DNA of 64,000 nt from Bacteroidota bacterium (GTDB lineage: Bacteria > Bacteroidota > Bacteroidia > JABEUT01), in NCBI GenBank assembly GCA_013288345.1, contig JABDCA010000004.1:1351-65350 (forward strand), given 5' to 3'. Shown in pieces: positions 29,983 through 39,270 of the stretch. Position 1 is the stretch's first letter. The number at the start of each line of letters is the position of its first letter. The position numbers and the translations under genes are program-made. The notes beneath the pieces were generated by a model, which saw only the letters and a list, made by a program, of their open reading frames with translations, was not told the origin of the DNA and did no database searches.

Positions 29983-31230
29983 ATGAAGCTTCCCTCTTCC
30001 CTAAAGGCTATATTATTATTCTTTTTAGTCTTCTTGTCGGCTTATATACTGTTTAGTAAGGGTATAACAAACGATCATATCCATTTGTTTAATGCCGGTT
30101 ACCGAATACCTTTTATACAGGAATGTTATAAGGGGCTTGAACTTTCGCATCAACACCTTCTATCTTATAGAAATGAAGTACCCAATTACTATCCTGTTGA
30201 AAACCTGGGCGATGATATGGGTATTTACTATTTCGTGCCATTGATAATGCACCTGTTTCATTCAGATACCTATTTGGCATACCTCTACCTGTTTTGCACT
30301 ATTGTCTTTATCAGTTATTGTCTATCGGTAATAGGCATAAGCTTGCTATTTGAGAATACTTACATCAAGCTATTTGCCTACTTCTATATGGCAGTGTTTG
30401 CTTTTGCCTCTCTTTTTATATTAGACAACTACATCTTTGCATACTTCATTACATCTTTAATACCCTTGCTATACTGGCTATGGAAAAAACACAGCGAAGG
30501 CGATATTAAAACCATTTATCTGATCCTTGCTTTATTAGCAACCGGGCTGTTAGCAGGTATTGCCAATCAGTTCAGGCTGTATTCTGGCATGGGCGTTATA
30601 CTTATTGTAATAGCCTTTATTGCATTGCAAAAAAACACTTCAATTCTTCGTAAGCTTATCTTCATAGGAGTATTACTATCTACTCTGCCCCTATGCAAAA
30701 TGTATTTCAATCATGAGATAAGCCAACGCGATAAATGGATAGAGGCCAATGGCAATTGCCTGCCGAGCAGCAAAATGTCGGGCCATATAACATGGCACAA
30801 TATATACCTAGGGCTAGGCATTGTAGATAACAAGTATGGTATTTTATGGAGAGATACGGTAGCATTCAATAAGGCAAAGCAATACAACCCTAATCTTTAT
30901 AATATGACGCCTGAGTATATAAGCGCTATAAAGAATGAATATCTATCTATTGTAAAGAATGACCTATTATTTGTATTAAAGACCTTCGTTTATAAATCAT
31001 TCTATATACTTCTGTTTGTTATTATATTCTTTAACTACGGGTTTTCCCTTATCAGGAAAGTAAAGTTTAACTACAGAATATTTTTGCCATTACTATTAGG
31101 GATTCTGTTTTACATTTTACCGGCCTTGCTTACATTCCCGCTTCCGCATTATTTATTGGGGGCGCTTAACATATTAGTATTGAGTGAGTTATTCCTTATT
31201 AACGAGGTCTATTTCAAGCATAAGAGTTAA
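29983..31230 (+). CDS. multi-pass membrane protein (possible GT-C-like)
   Basis: about 10 TM helices; DDMGIY and HITWHNIYLGLG loop motifs. Confidence 0.65.
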   Translation: MKLPSSLKAILLFFLVFLSAYILFSKGITNDHIHLFNAGYRIPFIQECYKGLELSHQHLLSYRNEVPNYYPVENLGDDMGIYYFVPLIMHLFHSDTYLAYLYLFCTIVFISYCLSVIGISLLFENTYIKLFAYFYMAVFAFASLFILDNYIFAYFITSLIPLLYWLWKKHSEGDIKTIYLILALLATGLLAGIANQFRLYSGMGVILIVIAFIALQKNTSILRKLIFIGVLLSTLPLCKMYFNHEISQRDKWIEANGNCLPSSKMSGHITWHNIYLGLGIVDNKYGILWRDTVAFNKAKQYNPNLYNMTPEYISAIKNEYLSIVKNDLLFVLKTFVYKSFYILLFVIIFFNYGFSLIRKVKFNYRIFLPLLLGILFYILPALLTFPLPHYLLGALNILVLSELFLINEVYFKHKS

Positions 31231-31278
31231 CGCCAACTTAACCCTCAGGTATTATATTCAACTTATTTTCGTCTGGCT

Positions 31279-31384
31279 TGTCCGGTTTAAGCCAATTGGT
31301 TCGTTACTATAATGTATTGCGAAAAGAACTACATTGAAAAAATATTTTTATCGCAATGTCCGGTTTAAAAAAGGTCATTCGTTA
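31279..31384 (+). promoter_or_regulatory. two tandem ECF-type promoters
   Basis: TGTCCGGTTTAA-N9-TTCGTTA at 31279 and 31357, identical spacing. Confidence 0.7.
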
Positions 31385-31429
31385 TTGAAGTATAAACACA
31401 TTAACTAACAATTTAAAACAAACCCTATC

Positions 31430-31771
31430 ATGGAAAAATTCATATTACTATTCAGAGGCGGAGACGAACATAAACCCGGCCAGTCTCCGGAAGCATTACA
31501 GGCCCTTGTACAAAAAATGATGAGCTGGATCGGCGGCCTTGCTGCTAAAGGCCAGCATGTAGGTGGTGAACCGCTGCAACGTACAGGCAAGCAGGTAAGC
31601 GGCACAAACAAAACTGTTACCGATGGCCCTTTTGTGGAAGCCAAAGAAATTATAGGTGGCTACACTATTGTGCTGGCTAAGGATATTAACGAAGCGGTTG
31701 AACTGGCTAAGGCCTGCCCTATTTTAGACTCAAACGGAAGTGTTGAGGTACGTCTACTTCAAAAAATGTAA
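31430..31771 (+). CDS. YciI/DGPF domain protein
   Basis: TDGPFVEAKEIIGGY, EAVELAKACP, VEVR. Confidence 0.92.
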   Translation: MEKFILLFRGGDEHKPGQSPEALQALVQKMMSWIGGLAAKGQHVGGEPLQRTGKQVSGTNKTVTDGPFVEAKEIIGGYTIVLAKDINEAVELAKACPILDSNGSVEVRLLQKM

Positions 31772-31818
31772 TATCACAATAAATTCAATTAATAATCAAT
31801 AAAAACAAAAAAAACATC

Positions 31819-32169
31819 ATGGAAAAATTCATGTATTTATTCAGAGGTGGCGTAAATCACGCTCACAACGCAGCAGATTCAGAAGCAGCAGCAAAAAACA
31901 TGCAAGCTTGGGCAGCCTGGATGGGCGACCTTGCTAAAAAAGGAATTATGGTTGGAGCAGACCCACTACAGCCTACCGGCAAAGTAGTTACCGGCACCAA
32001 AAAAGTAGTAACCGATGGCCCTTTTGCAGAAGTAAAAGAAATGGTTGGCGGCTACCTTATTGTTAATGCAAAGGACATTAACGAAGCTGTTGAATTTTCT
32101 AAAGGATGCCCTATTTTTGCTGAAGATGGCAATGTAGAGGTTCGCCCGATTCAGAAAATGGAAATGTAA
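31819..32169 (+). CDS. YciI/DGPF domain protein
   Basis: TDGPFAEVKEMVGGY, KGCP, VEVRPI. Confidence 0.92.
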   Translation: MEKFMYLFRGGVNHAHNAADSEAAAKNMQAWAAWMGDLAKKGIMVGADPLQPTGKVVTGTKKVVTDGPFAEVKEMVGGYLIVNAKDINEAVEFSKGCPIFAEDGNVEVRPIQKMEM

Positions 32170-32199
32170 AATTTAATAACAACATTAATATTAAGAATC

Positions 32200-32574
32200 A
32201 TGACAACAACACAAAAAACAATGACGGTGAAAGAAGTAGCCAACAGGCTGATTGAAATGTGTCGCAAAGGACAAATACTGGAGGCACAACAAGAACTTTT
32301 TTCGGAAGATGTAACCAGCACTGAACCCGCACATGCACCAATGCCATTTGCTAAAGACAAAACTGCAGTATTGGAAAAGGGAAAAGGCTTTGCTTCAATG
32401 ATCGAACAACAGCACAGTGTTTATTTTTCTGACCCGATTTTTGGCGGCAATTATTTCAGCATTACCTGCAAATTAGATGCAACCATGAAAGGACAAGGAA
32501 GAATGGTACTAGAGGAAATATGCGTTTTTGGAGTAAAAGATGGCGAGATAATTTCAGAACAGTTTTTCTACTAA
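32200..32574 (+). CDS. SnoaL-like/NTF2-family protein
   Basis: EVANRLIEMCRKG, ELFSEDVTSTEP, EICVFGVKDGEIISEQFFY. Confidence 0.85.
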   Translation: MTTTQKTMTVKEVANRLIEMCRKGQILEAQQELFSEDVTSTEPAHAPMPFAKDKTAVLEKGKGFASMIEQQHSVYFSDPIFGGNYFSITCKLDATMKGQGRMVLEEICVFGVKDGEIISEQFFY

Positions 32575-32610
32575 GCTATCTTTGCTTGATCAGAAAACTG
32601 AAATGTAACC

Positions 32611-33876
32611 TTGTCAGAACCTAACGACAAAGAAGTAAACAAACTGGTCGACCATCTTTTCCGGCACGAATCGGGGAAGATGGTCGCCGTTTTAACACGT
32701 GTATTTGGCTTCAGTAATATTGAACAGGCCGAAGACATAGTGCAGGATACCCTTATACGCGCACTGGAAACCTGGCGGTTTGGCAAAATGCCTCAAAACC
32801 CACAAGCATGGCTTTACCGCACAGCAAAAAACAAGGCTATTGACCTGATACGACGCGAACAGGTAAAGCACAAAATAGTTAACGACATTGCCCCGCTTTT
32901 AAAATCGGAATATACCCTCGCACCCAAGATGACCGAAATGTTTACCGAGAACGAAGTACGCGACAGCGAATTGCGTATGATGTTCGCCTGTTGCCATCCA
33001 TCTATTTCATATGAGGCACAACTAACACTCATACTTAAAACCCTTTGTGGACTTAGTGTAAAAGAAATTGGCAGCGCATTCCTTACCAACGAAGAAACTA
33101 TCCAGAAGCGATTATACAGGACAAAGGAAAAAATAAAAACCGAGCACATTACCCTCGACTACCCGGGGGCTGATGCTATGCAAGCCCGGACTGATACTGT
33201 ATTAAAAGCTTTATACCTGCTATTTAACGAAGGCTACAACTCATCGCACCCTGAAAAACTAATACGCGAAGACCTTTGCGAAGAGGCCATACGCCTAACC
33301 ATTTTACTTACCGAAAACCCAAAGACCAATTATCCGCATACCAATGCTTTGCTTGCCCTTATGTGTTACCACACATCGCGTTTCGAATCGAGGCTTGACG
33401 ATAAAGGGTTTATTGTTTTATTAAAAGACCAGGACAGAACAAAATGGAACCGTTTTCTTATCAAGAAAGGGAATGACTATTTAAACCAATCTGCCACCGG
33501 AGATACCATACACGATTACCATATTGAAGCTGCTATTGCATCGGAACACGCCAATGCCGAACTATATGAGGCCACTAACTGGCAAATGATATTGCAGCTT
33601 TACAATACACTGTTAAGCCGGGGCAATAACCCCATTGTGCAAATTAACCGCTGCCTTGTATTGGCAGAAGTTGAAGGTTACGAAAAAGCCATTAACGAGT
33701 TATTGCAAATTAAAGGCTTCGATGAAAACTGCTATTACAATACATCATTGGGAGAAATGTATATGAAGAATGCCAACAAAGAAAGGGCAAAGCACTATTT
33801 CCAAAAGGCGCTTATGCTCACATCTTCCAGCGCTGAAATAGAGTTGATACGCAGGAAATTGGCTGATTGCAATTAA
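32611..33876 (+). CDS. ECF sigma-70 factor with C-terminal extension (ECF42-type)
   Basis: AEDIVQD, AWLYRTAKNKAID, LRMMFACCHP, LYLLFNEGY, DQDRTKW, TPR tail; adjacent DGPF genes. Confidence 0.9.
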   Translation: MSEPNDKEVNKLVDHLFRHESGKMVAVLTRVFGFSNIEQAEDIVQDTLIRALETWRFGKMPQNPQAWLYRTAKNKAIDLIRREQVKHKIVNDIAPLLKSEYTLAPKMTEMFTENEVRDSELRMMFACCHPSISYEAQLTLILKTLCGLSVKEIGSAFLTNEETIQKRLYRTKEKIKTEHITLDYPGADAMQARTDTVLKALYLLFNEGYNSSHPEKLIREDLCEEAIRLTILLTENPKTNYPHTNALLALMCYHTSRFESRLDDKGFIVLLKDQDRTKWNRFLIKKGNDYLNQSATGDTIHDYHIEAAIASEHANAELYEATNWQMILQLYNTLLSRGNNPIVQINRCLVLAEVEGYEKAINELLQIKGFDENCYYNTSLGEMYMKNANKERAKHYFQKALMLTSSSAEIELIRRKLADCN

Positions 33877-33882
33877 ATGCAA

Positions 33883-33968
33883 TGGAACACGGACTTTACG
33901 GATGCTGCTGATAAACACGGATTAAAAAATCTGTGAAAATCTATTAAATCAGCGTCATCTGTGTTCCA
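33883..33968. repeat. intergenic element with terminal IRs and ACGGA repeats
   Basis: TGGAACACGGA ... TCTGTGTTCCA. Confidence 0.65.
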
Positions 33969-34027
33969 ATGGTAAACTTGTTTTCCTCACAAATCTTTAT
34001 TACATTTGGGTATCTATCTTCACCACT

Positions 34028-34882
34028 ATGGGAAAGAAACACATCATTAAATTAGAAATCCCTACTCCCTGCCATGAGAACTGGGATAACATGACTCCAA
34101 ACGAGCGTGGAAGGCATTGTGATAGCTGCAACAAAACAGTTATTGATTTTTCGCTTTTCAATGACAGACAACTTATTGAGTTTCTTACTAAGACAAAAGG
34201 CAGTATTTGCGGCAGGTTAAATAAATTTCAATTAGAAAACCAATTGGTTTATGTGGAACCGGCTAAGAATCATTTTTTATACAAATTACTTTTTGGAACA
34301 GCCTTAGTAACCGGAATAGCCAGCGCAAATGCTAACTACAACCCAAACAGCAAGCCATTAATAGAAAACTTAGGCTTCCGGCAGGCACTGGAAAAAGCAG
34401 AACAACCACCGGCAGGAGATACTACACACTTTATAAGCGGAATGGTTTTTGATACAGTTAATCATGTTCTTGTACCATTTGCAATTGTAGCCATTAAAGG
34501 AACCTTACAATCGGTACAGACTGACATGAATGGACGCTTTAAACTCTTTGTGCCGCTTAAATACCGTAAAAAGACAATTAAGCTGGAATGCATCTATTCA
34601 GGTTACGTGCAAGAAATAACTGTAGTAACAACTAAATTACCCTTAACTACTTTTATAAAACTTGAGCATCCACAATTAAATATAGAAGCGAAAATAGAAA
34701 CCACTTCTATTACTAAGCATTCTTTTACTTGCGTAGAAACAGAATCATCAAGCATAGGCCTTATAGGTATTAGAATTGAGGAAACATCAAAGAACAAATA
34801 TGAACCAGAATTTCCTTACGAAACAGAGTATCCAAACCCCGATAAGCAAACTTTGCACAAGGGAGATACGCCGTATTGGTAA
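34028..34882 (+). CDS. 4-Cys N-terminal domain + TM + carboxypeptidase-regulatory-like domain protein (paralog 1)
   Basis: IPTPCHENW, GRHCDSCNKTVIDFS, ICGRL; QTDMNGRFKL. Confidence 0.85.
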   Translation: MGKKHIIKLEIPTPCHENWDNMTPNERGRHCDSCNKTVIDFSLFNDRQLIEFLTKTKGSICGRLNKFQLENQLVYVEPAKNHFLYKLLFGTALVTGIASANANYNPNSKPLIENLGFRQALEKAEQPPAGDTTHFISGMVFDTVNHVLVPFAIVAIKGTLQSVQTDMNGRFKLFVPLKYRKKTIKLECIYSGYVQEITVVTTKLPLTTFIKLEHPQLNIEAKIETTSITKHSFTCVETESSSIGLIGIRIEETSKNKYEPEFPYETEYPNPDKQTLHKGDTPYW

Positions 34883-34902
34883 GCCAATTCAACCCATAAA
34901 GC

Positions 34903-35655
34903 ATGAAAAAGACCAAACTATTCAAACTAAGCATCCCTGCCCCTTGCCATGAGAACTGGGAGAACATGACACCCAACGAGCATGGCAGGCATTGCACCAA
35001 CTGCAATAAAACCGTTATTGATTTTTCATTGTATACTGACAAGCAATTGGTTGAGTTCTTTGAAAAAATTAAAGACAATGTTTGTGGCAGACTTAACAGG
35101 TTTCAATTAGACAGGGAATTAGTATACATAGAACCTAAAAATCATTTTTTATATAAGCTTTTATTTGGAGTTACTTTTACTGCTGGCCTTGCAGGAAGCG
35201 CCAATGGGAACAACAATTATCCCGACAGGCATTTAACCGGGCAATCACGGTCCGTGGTTCATAATGAACTTTATGATAAGGAATCGGACAATATTACTGG
35301 AGGTGATACTACTCATTATATTAAAGGCAGGTTGTTAAACACTGCAAACGGGCATATGCTACCCAATGCCACAGTATTTATTAAAGGCTCGTCCGAATCG
35401 ACCCAATCTGATTCACTGGGGTATTTTAAACTTCCCATTCCTGCTTCATATGATTTCCCAGAAATCACACTTATAGTTGATGCATTCAATTCTCCGGCTG
35501 CTGTAACCACAATAAAAATATTAGGTGAAAAATTCCCGATCATTAAAAATGTTTGGGTGCACTGTGAAGAAAACATGTCGGTAACCAATATAGTTGCCGG
35601 AAATATCATCCCAAATCCATTACCAACTACACATGATACTGCAAAAAGAAAATAA
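34903..35655 (+). CDS. 4-Cys N-terminal domain protein (paralog 2)
   Basis: IPAPCHENW, GRHCTNCNKTVIDFS, VCGRL; LPNATVFIKG, SDSLGYFKL. Confidence 0.85.
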   Translation: MKKTKLFKLSIPAPCHENWENMTPNEHGRHCTNCNKTVIDFSLYTDKQLVEFFEKIKDNVCGRLNRFQLDRELVYIEPKNHFLYKLLFGVTFTAGLAGSANGNNNYPDRHLTGQSRSVVHNELYDKESDNITGGDTTHYIKGRLLNTANGHMLPNATVFIKGSSESTQSDSLGYFKLPIPASYDFPEITLIVDAFNSPAAVTTIKILGEKFPIIKNVWVHCEENMSVTNIVAGNIIPNPLPTTHDTAKRK

Positions 35656-35666
35656 CATTACCTATA

Positions 35667-36410
35667 ATGCAACGTAAACTAAGTCTAAATTTATCTATCC
35701 CCACTCCTTGCTCTGAGAACTGGGAGAACATGACGCCCAATGAGCGAGGCAGGCATTGTGCAAGTTGCGATAAAACAGTTATTGATTTTTCATTGTATAC
35801 AGACAAGCAATTGGTTGAGTTTTTCAATAAAACCACAAACAAAGTTTGCGGGCGTTTATCTAACTGGCAGTTAGAAAGGCAGGTGGTTTATGCTGAACCA
35901 CAAAACCATTTCTTATACAAACTATTATTTGGCTCAGTACTAACAATTGGTTTGGCAGGCAGTGCAAATGCAAATTACAACCCAAACCAAAGGCCATTGC
36001 TCGAATTATACAACTACAACACAAATAAAGAAAAACAGAAATCTGCCGGCGACTCTGTTTCACATTTGATCATTAAGATAATTGATGACTCATCAAAACA
36101 AGCATTACCATTTGTTAGTGTTATAGTAACAAAAAATGGGGAACAGCTAGGTCAAGGAAATACTGATATAGATGGTAATTTAGACATCTATCCTCTTGAC
36201 CCAGGCATATATGATGTATTAGCTGTGAATATTGGGTATCACGATTATAAAATGACTTCTGTTAAAATAAACAAAAGCAATACAAGGATTAATATTAACA
36301 TGAAAAGTATGGCTGAACTAATTCTTCATACTGTTGGCATGATGATATATCAACCTCTGCCTGACCCTACCAAACAAACCATTCGCAAAGGCGATACGCC
36401 ATTCAGGTAA
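35667..36410 (+). CDS. 4-Cys N-terminal domain protein (paralog 3)
   Basis: IPTPCSENW, GRHCASCDKTVIDFS, VCGRL; LPFVSV, TDIDG, LDPGIY. Confidence 0.85.
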   Translation: MQRKLSLNLSIPTPCSENWENMTPNERGRHCASCDKTVIDFSLYTDKQLVEFFNKTTNKVCGRLSNWQLERQVVYAEPQNHFLYKLLFGSVLTIGLAGSANANYNPNQRPLLELYNYNTNKEKQKSAGDSVSHLIIKIIDDSSKQALPFVSVIVTKNGEQLGQGNTDIDGNLDIYPLDPGIYDVLAVNIGYHDYKMTSVKINKSNTRININMKSMAELILHTVGMMIYQPLPDPTKQTIRKGDTPFR

Positions 36411-36414
36411 GCTG

Positions 36415-36462
36415 CCTCCGTCCCTGTCTGCCGACAGGCAGGCTATTTCCTTCAAGCGGAGG
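36415..36462. repeat. CCTGTCTGCCGACAGGCAGG palindrome nested in a CCTCCG/CGGAGG hairpin
   Basis: 20-mer at 36423-42 between CCTCCG (36415-20) and CGGAGG (36457-62). Confidence 0.6.
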
Positions 36463-36514
36463 AAGCGCTACAACTTATTATCTATTAACCCTTCCTAATT
36501 GGCAACTCCAATTA

Positions 36515-36708
36515 CGCCCTGAAGGGGCATAATATATTAATGCAGGGTGAAGCCCTGCCGTGTAGCAAAACCTCTAACTATTAAGCCCTGAAAGGGCGTT
36601 ATACAGATGTACAGGATTAATAATAACACCCTTTCAGGGTTTATCTATTTCTTGTTCCTTTAGCGATGGGCTAACACCCATCGTTGTCAGATACTGCCCT
36701 TTCAGGGC
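36515..36708. repeat. BIME-like cluster of GCCCTGAAAGGGC REP palindromes
   Basis: two forward (36515, 36584) and two reverse (36626, 36696) copies, with intervening hairpins GCAGGG/CCCTGC and CGATGGG/CCCATCG. Confidence 0.8.
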
Positions 36709-36821
36709 TTTAAATTTTGGGGTTGTTGAAAACTCAATTCCACTTTTTATTACCATAATAAACATAATGTTTATTTTTGTAGAGCCAATAAAACCACAAT
36801 AACTATATCTAAAACATACTT

Positions 36822-36986
36822 TGTAGGATTCCTCACTCGCCGACTATCGTCAGGCTCATTCGGAATGACAGAGGGGCATCTGTTTTGAGAGAGAGAGGGG
36901 GAGGTGGCGCGGGCTTCGCCCGCGCCACCTCCCCCTCCAAAACCACGCGCATGTTGTCATTCCGAGCGAAGAGAGGAATCTCTACA
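36822..36986. repeat. rod-like nested palindromic element with perfect 20-bp GC stem
   Basis: GATTCCTC/GAGGAATC, CGGAATGACA/TGTCATTCCG, and 36895-914/36918-37 perfect stem. Confidence 0.8.
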
Positions 36987-37051
36987 TCAACATTACTAAT
37001 ACAATAGATAACAACATACGAAGCTGAATCTCAACCACAAAAAAAAACATT

Positions 37052-37618
37052 ATGGAACAGACAAACACCAATGAACAACTGCCTGAAGAGCTAACCGAAC
37101 TGGAACGAAAAGAGCTTATTTGGGAGCAAAACCATGAAAAAATAGCTAATGCAATCCGTTATTTGCAACGCGACGAAATAAATGTAAGCGTAAGCAATAT
37201 TGCAAAGGTTACCAAACTAAGCCGCAAAACAGTTTACAAGCATTTTACTGAGGAAGACATGAATCCTGCACAAAGCGCTGACCTTATAAACAAATTCATC
37301 CTTGAAGATGTTATTAAGCGCGTTAGCCGTAAGGCTTGCTTTGGCGACATGAAAGCAGCCAAACTTTACTTAGAGCTTATGGGCCTTATAAAACGTGGTG
37401 GCAATACTCTAAACGCAAGCCTGACAAATGGCAACAGGTCCATTATGGTAAACGGCCATACATTTAGTGAGGATATGGTACAAAATTTATCGGCCGAAAA
37501 TTTAAACGAGTTGACGGAATTTGTAAAATCTGCTGCACAGAGCACCCGCGGACACGGGTTACAAAATGCAAAAAAATCCTCAAACAATTTTACTGATAAC
37601 CAACACGTTGATGGGTAA
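37052..37618 (+). CDS. helix-turn-helix protein, phage/mobile-element-like
   Basis: SVSNIAKVTKLSRKTVYKHF HTH; GDMKAAKLYLELMG. Confidence 0.7.
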   Translation: MEQTNTNEQLPEELTELERKELIWEQNHEKIANAIRYLQRDEINVSVSNIAKVTKLSRKTVYKHFTEEDMNPAQSADLINKFILEDVIKRVSRKACFGDMKAAKLYLELMGLIKRGGNTLNASLTNGNRSIMVNGHTFSEDMVQNLSAENLNELTEFVKSAAQSTRGHGLQNAKKSSNNFTDNQHVDG

Positions 37619-37644
37619 CAAAGTATCAAAAGTGTAACCCGTGT
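37552..37644. repeat. 12-bp inverted repeat plus internal direct copy
   Basis: ACACGGGTTACA (37552-63) / TGTAACCCGTGT (37633-44); GGGTAACAAA at 37613. Confidence 0.65.
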
Positions 37645-37756
37645 TCAGAGGTTTTACATCACTCAAAAAGTAATTAACAGATTGTTCAAAAAAAAATCAA
37701 AAAAGGGTCAATAATCTGCTTGGTTGGTAGTAAATTCGCCAACAAGTAAAAAGCAC

Positions 37757-38440
37757 ATGAAGGTAACGTATTACGGGCATTCTAGTTTTGGAGTTGAAAT
37801 AGCAGGCAAGCACCTGGTATTTGATCCGTTTATAAGCCCTAACCCACTCGCCGCCTCTATAAAGCTCGATTCGATAAAGGCTGATTACATCCTTATATCT
37901 CATGCCCATCAGGACCACACTGCCGATGTGCCTTTTTTAGCAGAACATACAGGGGCAACCCTGGTAGCATGCCACGAAGTGGGTGTTGATCTTCATAAAA
38001 AAGGCTTTGAGAACTGCGTACGAATGAATGTAGGCGGTGCTTTTTCGGCAAACGGAATTACTATTAAAGCAGTTAATGCCATACACAGCAGCAGCTTTGC
38101 TGATGGTTCGTACGGAGGAATACCGATGGGATTTGTGGTAACAGCTAAAGAAGGCAGTTTTTACTATGCCGGCGATACAGGACTTACCTACGATATGAAA
38201 CTTATTGGCGAAAGCGGCACACCGCTTAAGTTTGCCTTATTGCCTGTAGGCGATGTTTTTACAATGGGCATTGATGATGCCATTAAGTGCACAGACTTTA
38301 TTAAGTGCAACAACGTTATAGGAATGCATTACGATACGTTTGAACCGATAAAAGTGAATAAAGAAGAAGCAAGTAAGAAGTTTGAGAAGGCCGGAAAGAA
38401 GATAACGTTTATGGCGATTGGAGAAACCAGAGAATTTTAG
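37757..38440 (+). CDS. metal-dependent hydrolase (UPF0173, metallo-beta-lactamase fold)
   Basis: YYGHS, DPF, SHAHQDH, AIHSSS, AGDT, GMHYDTF. Confidence 0.9.
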   Translation: MKVTYYGHSSFGVEIAGKHLVFDPFISPNPLAASIKLDSIKADYILISHAHQDHTADVPFLAEHTGATLVACHEVGVDLHKKGFENCVRMNVGGAFSANGITIKAVNAIHSSSFADGSYGGIPMGFVVTAKEGSFYYAGDTGLTYDMKLIGESGTPLKFALLPVGDVFTMGIDDAIKCTDFIKCNNVIGMHYDTFEPIKVNKEEASKKFEKAGKKITFMAIGETREF

Positions 38441-38455
38441 TTAAAAAAAAGAAAC

Positions 38456-39268
38456 ATGGGAAAAATTATTGCAGTAGCAAACCAAAAAGGCGGAGTAGGA
38501 AAAACAACTACCGCTATAAATCTGGCAGCAGCGCTTGCTGTGTTGGAACATAAAACATTGCTGGTAGATGCCGATCCGCAGGCAAATGCCACATCGGGCG
38601 TGGGCTACGACCCTAAAAAAATAAAGACCAGTGTATATGAGTGTATCATCGACAATGTGGATGTAAAGAACACTATACTCACCACTGAAACACCTAACCT
38701 TGACCTGTTGCCTGCCCACATTGATTTGGTAGGCGCCGAAATAGAAATGATAAACCTGCCCAGCCGCGAAAAGATGATGCGTGCTGCATTGGCTAAGGTA
38801 AAAGAGGAATACGAATTTATTATTCTCGACTGTTCTCCATCGCTTGGGTTAATTACACTCAATGCCCTTTCGGCAGCCGATTCAGTTATTATACCTATAC
38901 AGTGTGAATACTTTGCATTAGAAGGTTTAGGCAAACTGTTACAAACCATTAAAATTGTGCAGGAGCGCCTTAATCCTGAACTGGAAATTGAAGGAATTTT
39001 GCTTACCATGTACGATGGCCGCCTTAACCTGTGCAACCAGGTTGTGGAAGAAGTAAAGACACACTTTCAGCAAATAGTATTTGATACCATAGTACACCGC
39101 AACATTAAGCTTAGCGAGGCGCCAAGCTTTGGCAAGACCATTATTATGCACGATGCAGCATCGCGAGGTGCGCTGAATTACCTGCACCTTGCCCGCGAAG
39201 TGCTGCAAAAGAACAAGATGACCCGCATGAAACAAAGCGATAAAATTATTAATGTAGAAGAAAACTAA
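38456..39268 (+). CDS. parA: ParA/Soj ATPase
   Basis: NQKGGVGKTTT, DADPQANAT, DCSPSLG, QCEYFALEG. Confidence 0.96.
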   Translation: MGKIIAVANQKGGVGKTTTAINLAAALAVLEHKTLLVDADPQANATSGVGYDPKKIKTSVYECIIDNVDVKNTILTTETPNLDLLPAHIDLVGAEIEMINLPSREKMMRAALAKVKEEYEFIILDCSPSLGLITLNALSAADSVIIPIQCEYFALEGLGKLLQTIKIVQERLNPELEIEGILLTMYDGRLNLCNQVVEEVKTHFQQIVFDTIVHRNIKLSEAPSFGKTIIMHDAASRGALNYLHLAREVLQKNKMTRMKQSDKIINVEEN

Positions 39269-39270
39269 TC

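Noticed and set aside
31279-31384. Direct repeat as a mini-CRISPR or att site
   Set aside because: Only two bipartite copies with promoter-like spacing upstream of an ECF operon
34028-36410. Diversity-generating retroelement or shufflon
   Set aside because: No reverse transcriptase or recombinase; differences are not adenine-specific; all copies are complete genes in the same orientation
36515-36708. Possible CRISPR array
   Set aside because: Repeats are ~13 bp, in both orientations and irregularly spaced; no cas genes. REP/BIME-like instead
27668-37644. Intact genomic island or prophage at tRNA-Ser
   Set aside because: No integrase, structural or conjugation genes and no distal att copy seen in the window
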